Shown: in pieces, positions 62,445-64,000 of the stretch
Position numbering within the stretch: position 1 is the first letter of the stretch
Layout of the letters: every line of letters begins with the position of its first letter
Source: Harriotta raleighana
Taxonomy: Eukaryota
NCBI GenBank assembly: GCA_050575255.1
Contig: JBNZDD010013633.1
Location: forward strand, 1,150,815-1,214,814
DNA: 64,000 nt
Direction: 5' to 3'
Notes under the pieces: model-generated
Told to the model about the DNA's origin: nothing
Databases searched by the model: none
Seen by the model: the letters and a program-made list of their open reading frames with translations, nothing else
Translations under genes and position numbers: made by a program

Positions 62445-63631
62445 CATCGATGCTAAGGGAAAATTCTCCGGTATATAATTAGGGACATCTTCCTGGGGTA
62501 CTTAGAATGTTGTAATATGATTAGGCAGAGTCAACACGGCTTTACAAAAGGGAAATTGTGTCTAACAAATCTTTTAGAGTTTTTTTTGAAGATAACTAGC
62601 AGGTTCCTCGCAGGTTAGATAGGGGGGAAACAGTGGATATAGTGTATTTAGATTTTCAGAAGGTATTTGACAAGGTGCCACGTAAGATTAGGACTTCTAG
62701 AATTAAGGGTAATATATTAGCATGGATTGAAGAGTGATTAACAGGCAGAAAACAGAGAGTAAGTCCTTTTCAGATTGGCAGGATGTGACTAGTGGAGTGC
62801 GGCAAGGATCAGTGCTTGGGCCTCAACCATTTACAGTCTACATCGATTACTTAGATGAGGAAATAGAGCTTAATGTATCTAGGTAGGAAAGTAAGCTGTG
62901 AGGATGACACAAGGAGAATGCAAAGGAATATAGACAGATTAAGTGAGTGGGCAAGAAGGTGGCAGATGGGGTATAATTAGAAAGGCTGACAGCATATTGG
63001 CATTCATTACAAAGGGGTTAGAGTACAAGAGTAGAGAAGTCATGCTGTAATTGTATAGGGCCTTGTTGAGACCACAACTAGAATATTATGTGCAGTTTTG
63101 GTCTCCTTATCAAAGAAATAATATATTCACCTTAGAGAGGACAACATAGATTCACTAGATTGGTTCCTGGGATGAAGGGATGACCTACGAGGAGAGATTG
63201 AGTAAACTAAGCCTATATTCTCTAGATATAGAAGAATTCGAGGTGATCTCATAGAAACCTATAAGATTCTTAAAGGCCTTGACTGGGTAAATGTTGTCAG
63301 ACTGTTTCCCCTGATTGAGAATCTAAAACTAGGGGTCATAGTCTCAGGATTAAAGGTCAACCTTTTAGAACTGAGTTGAGAAAACATTTCTTCACTCAGA
63401 GGGTAGTGAATTTATGGAATTCTCTCAGAAGGCTGTGGATGCTCAGTCATTGAACATATTCAAGACTGAGACAGATAGTTTTTTTTAAAAGCTTAAAGGG
63501 ATTAAGGGATATAGAGATAGGGCCAGTAAATGGAATTAGAAGATCTTAGTAAATGGAATTAGAAGATCTTATTAAATGGCGGGGCAGGCTCGAGCAGCTT
63601 ACTCCTGCTCCTACTTATTATGTTCTTATGT
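62445..63631 (+). mobile_element. CR1 LINE fragment (RT to 3' end) with internal deletions
   Basis: IRQSQHGFTKGKLCLTNLLEFF, VDIVYLDFQKVFDKVP, TSGVRQGSVLGPQPF, LYRALLRPQLEYYVQFWSP, TRGHSL, FFTQRVVNLWNS, 3' cctgctcctacttattatgttcttatgt. Confidence 0.92.
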
Positions 63632-63785
63632 AGATCTTATAGAGGTGCTTAAAATGATCAAAGAGTTTGATTACGTGAGTATAAATAGGCTGTTTCCATT
63701 GTTGGGGAGACTCCGTAACAAAGCGACACAAGTATTCGATAGCCACTTGATGATCTAAAAGAAAATTTAGGAGAAACTTCTTTAC
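63632..63785 (+). mobile_element. Second CR1 fragment abutting the gap
   Basis: DLIEVLKMIKEFD.V....LFPL; aggagaaacttctttac. Confidence 0.65.
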
Positions 63786-63842
63786 NNNNNNNNNNNNNNN
63801 NNNNNNNNNNNNNNNNNNNNNNNNNNNNNNNNNNNNNNNNNN
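63786..63842. other. Assembly gap (N run)
   Basis: 57 consecutive Ns. Confidence 0.99.
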
Positions 63843-64000
63843 TTTCAGAATCCTTTTTGCATTTGGGGTAATTGGTTCCTACTGCCTTCAACAGTAAATC
63901 ATGCAGGCATGAAAAGTATAACAATGATTGTGTTTGATCGAGTGCCTAAATACACGGTTACTACACTTATCAGTCAATTCTGAGAAACAATTTAAGATAT

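Larger units (their letters stand above)
27349..64000 (+). other. Large intron downstream of the collagen IV 7S exon (3' end outside window)
   Basis: Starts GTGAGT; the next exon should be Gly-X-Y repeats and none was seen in the following 36.6 kb. Confidence 0.6.

Overview
AT-rich, repeat-dense vertebrate genomic DNA, not prokaryotic. The repeat complement (CR1 and L2 LINE fragments, DeuSINE/SacSINE1-like SINEs, an abundant tRNA-Ala-headed SINE) points to a cartilaginous fish, possibly the elephant shark Callorhinchus milii (inference). The only coding sequence I can support is one 81-nt, phase 0-0 exon at 27268-27348 (+), missed by the ORF track. It encodes [27 protein letters not shown], the cysteine-rich start of the 7S domain of an alpha2-type type IV collagen chain (best match COL4A6; COL4A2 not excluded). 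The rest appears to be two very large introns of that gene. They contain decayed LINEs and SINEs, a Tigger/pogo-type element, a hAT-type MITE, two long inverted repeats, an unclassified hairpin-bearing dispersed repeat, and six single-N contig joins that duplicate flanking (probably allelic) sequence. Listed ORFs are LINE debris or chance ORFs. I found no clearly new biological system; the best leads are the inverted repeats and the unclassified hairpin repeat. Boundaries of decayed repeats are approximate, and family names come from remembered motifs, not database searches.
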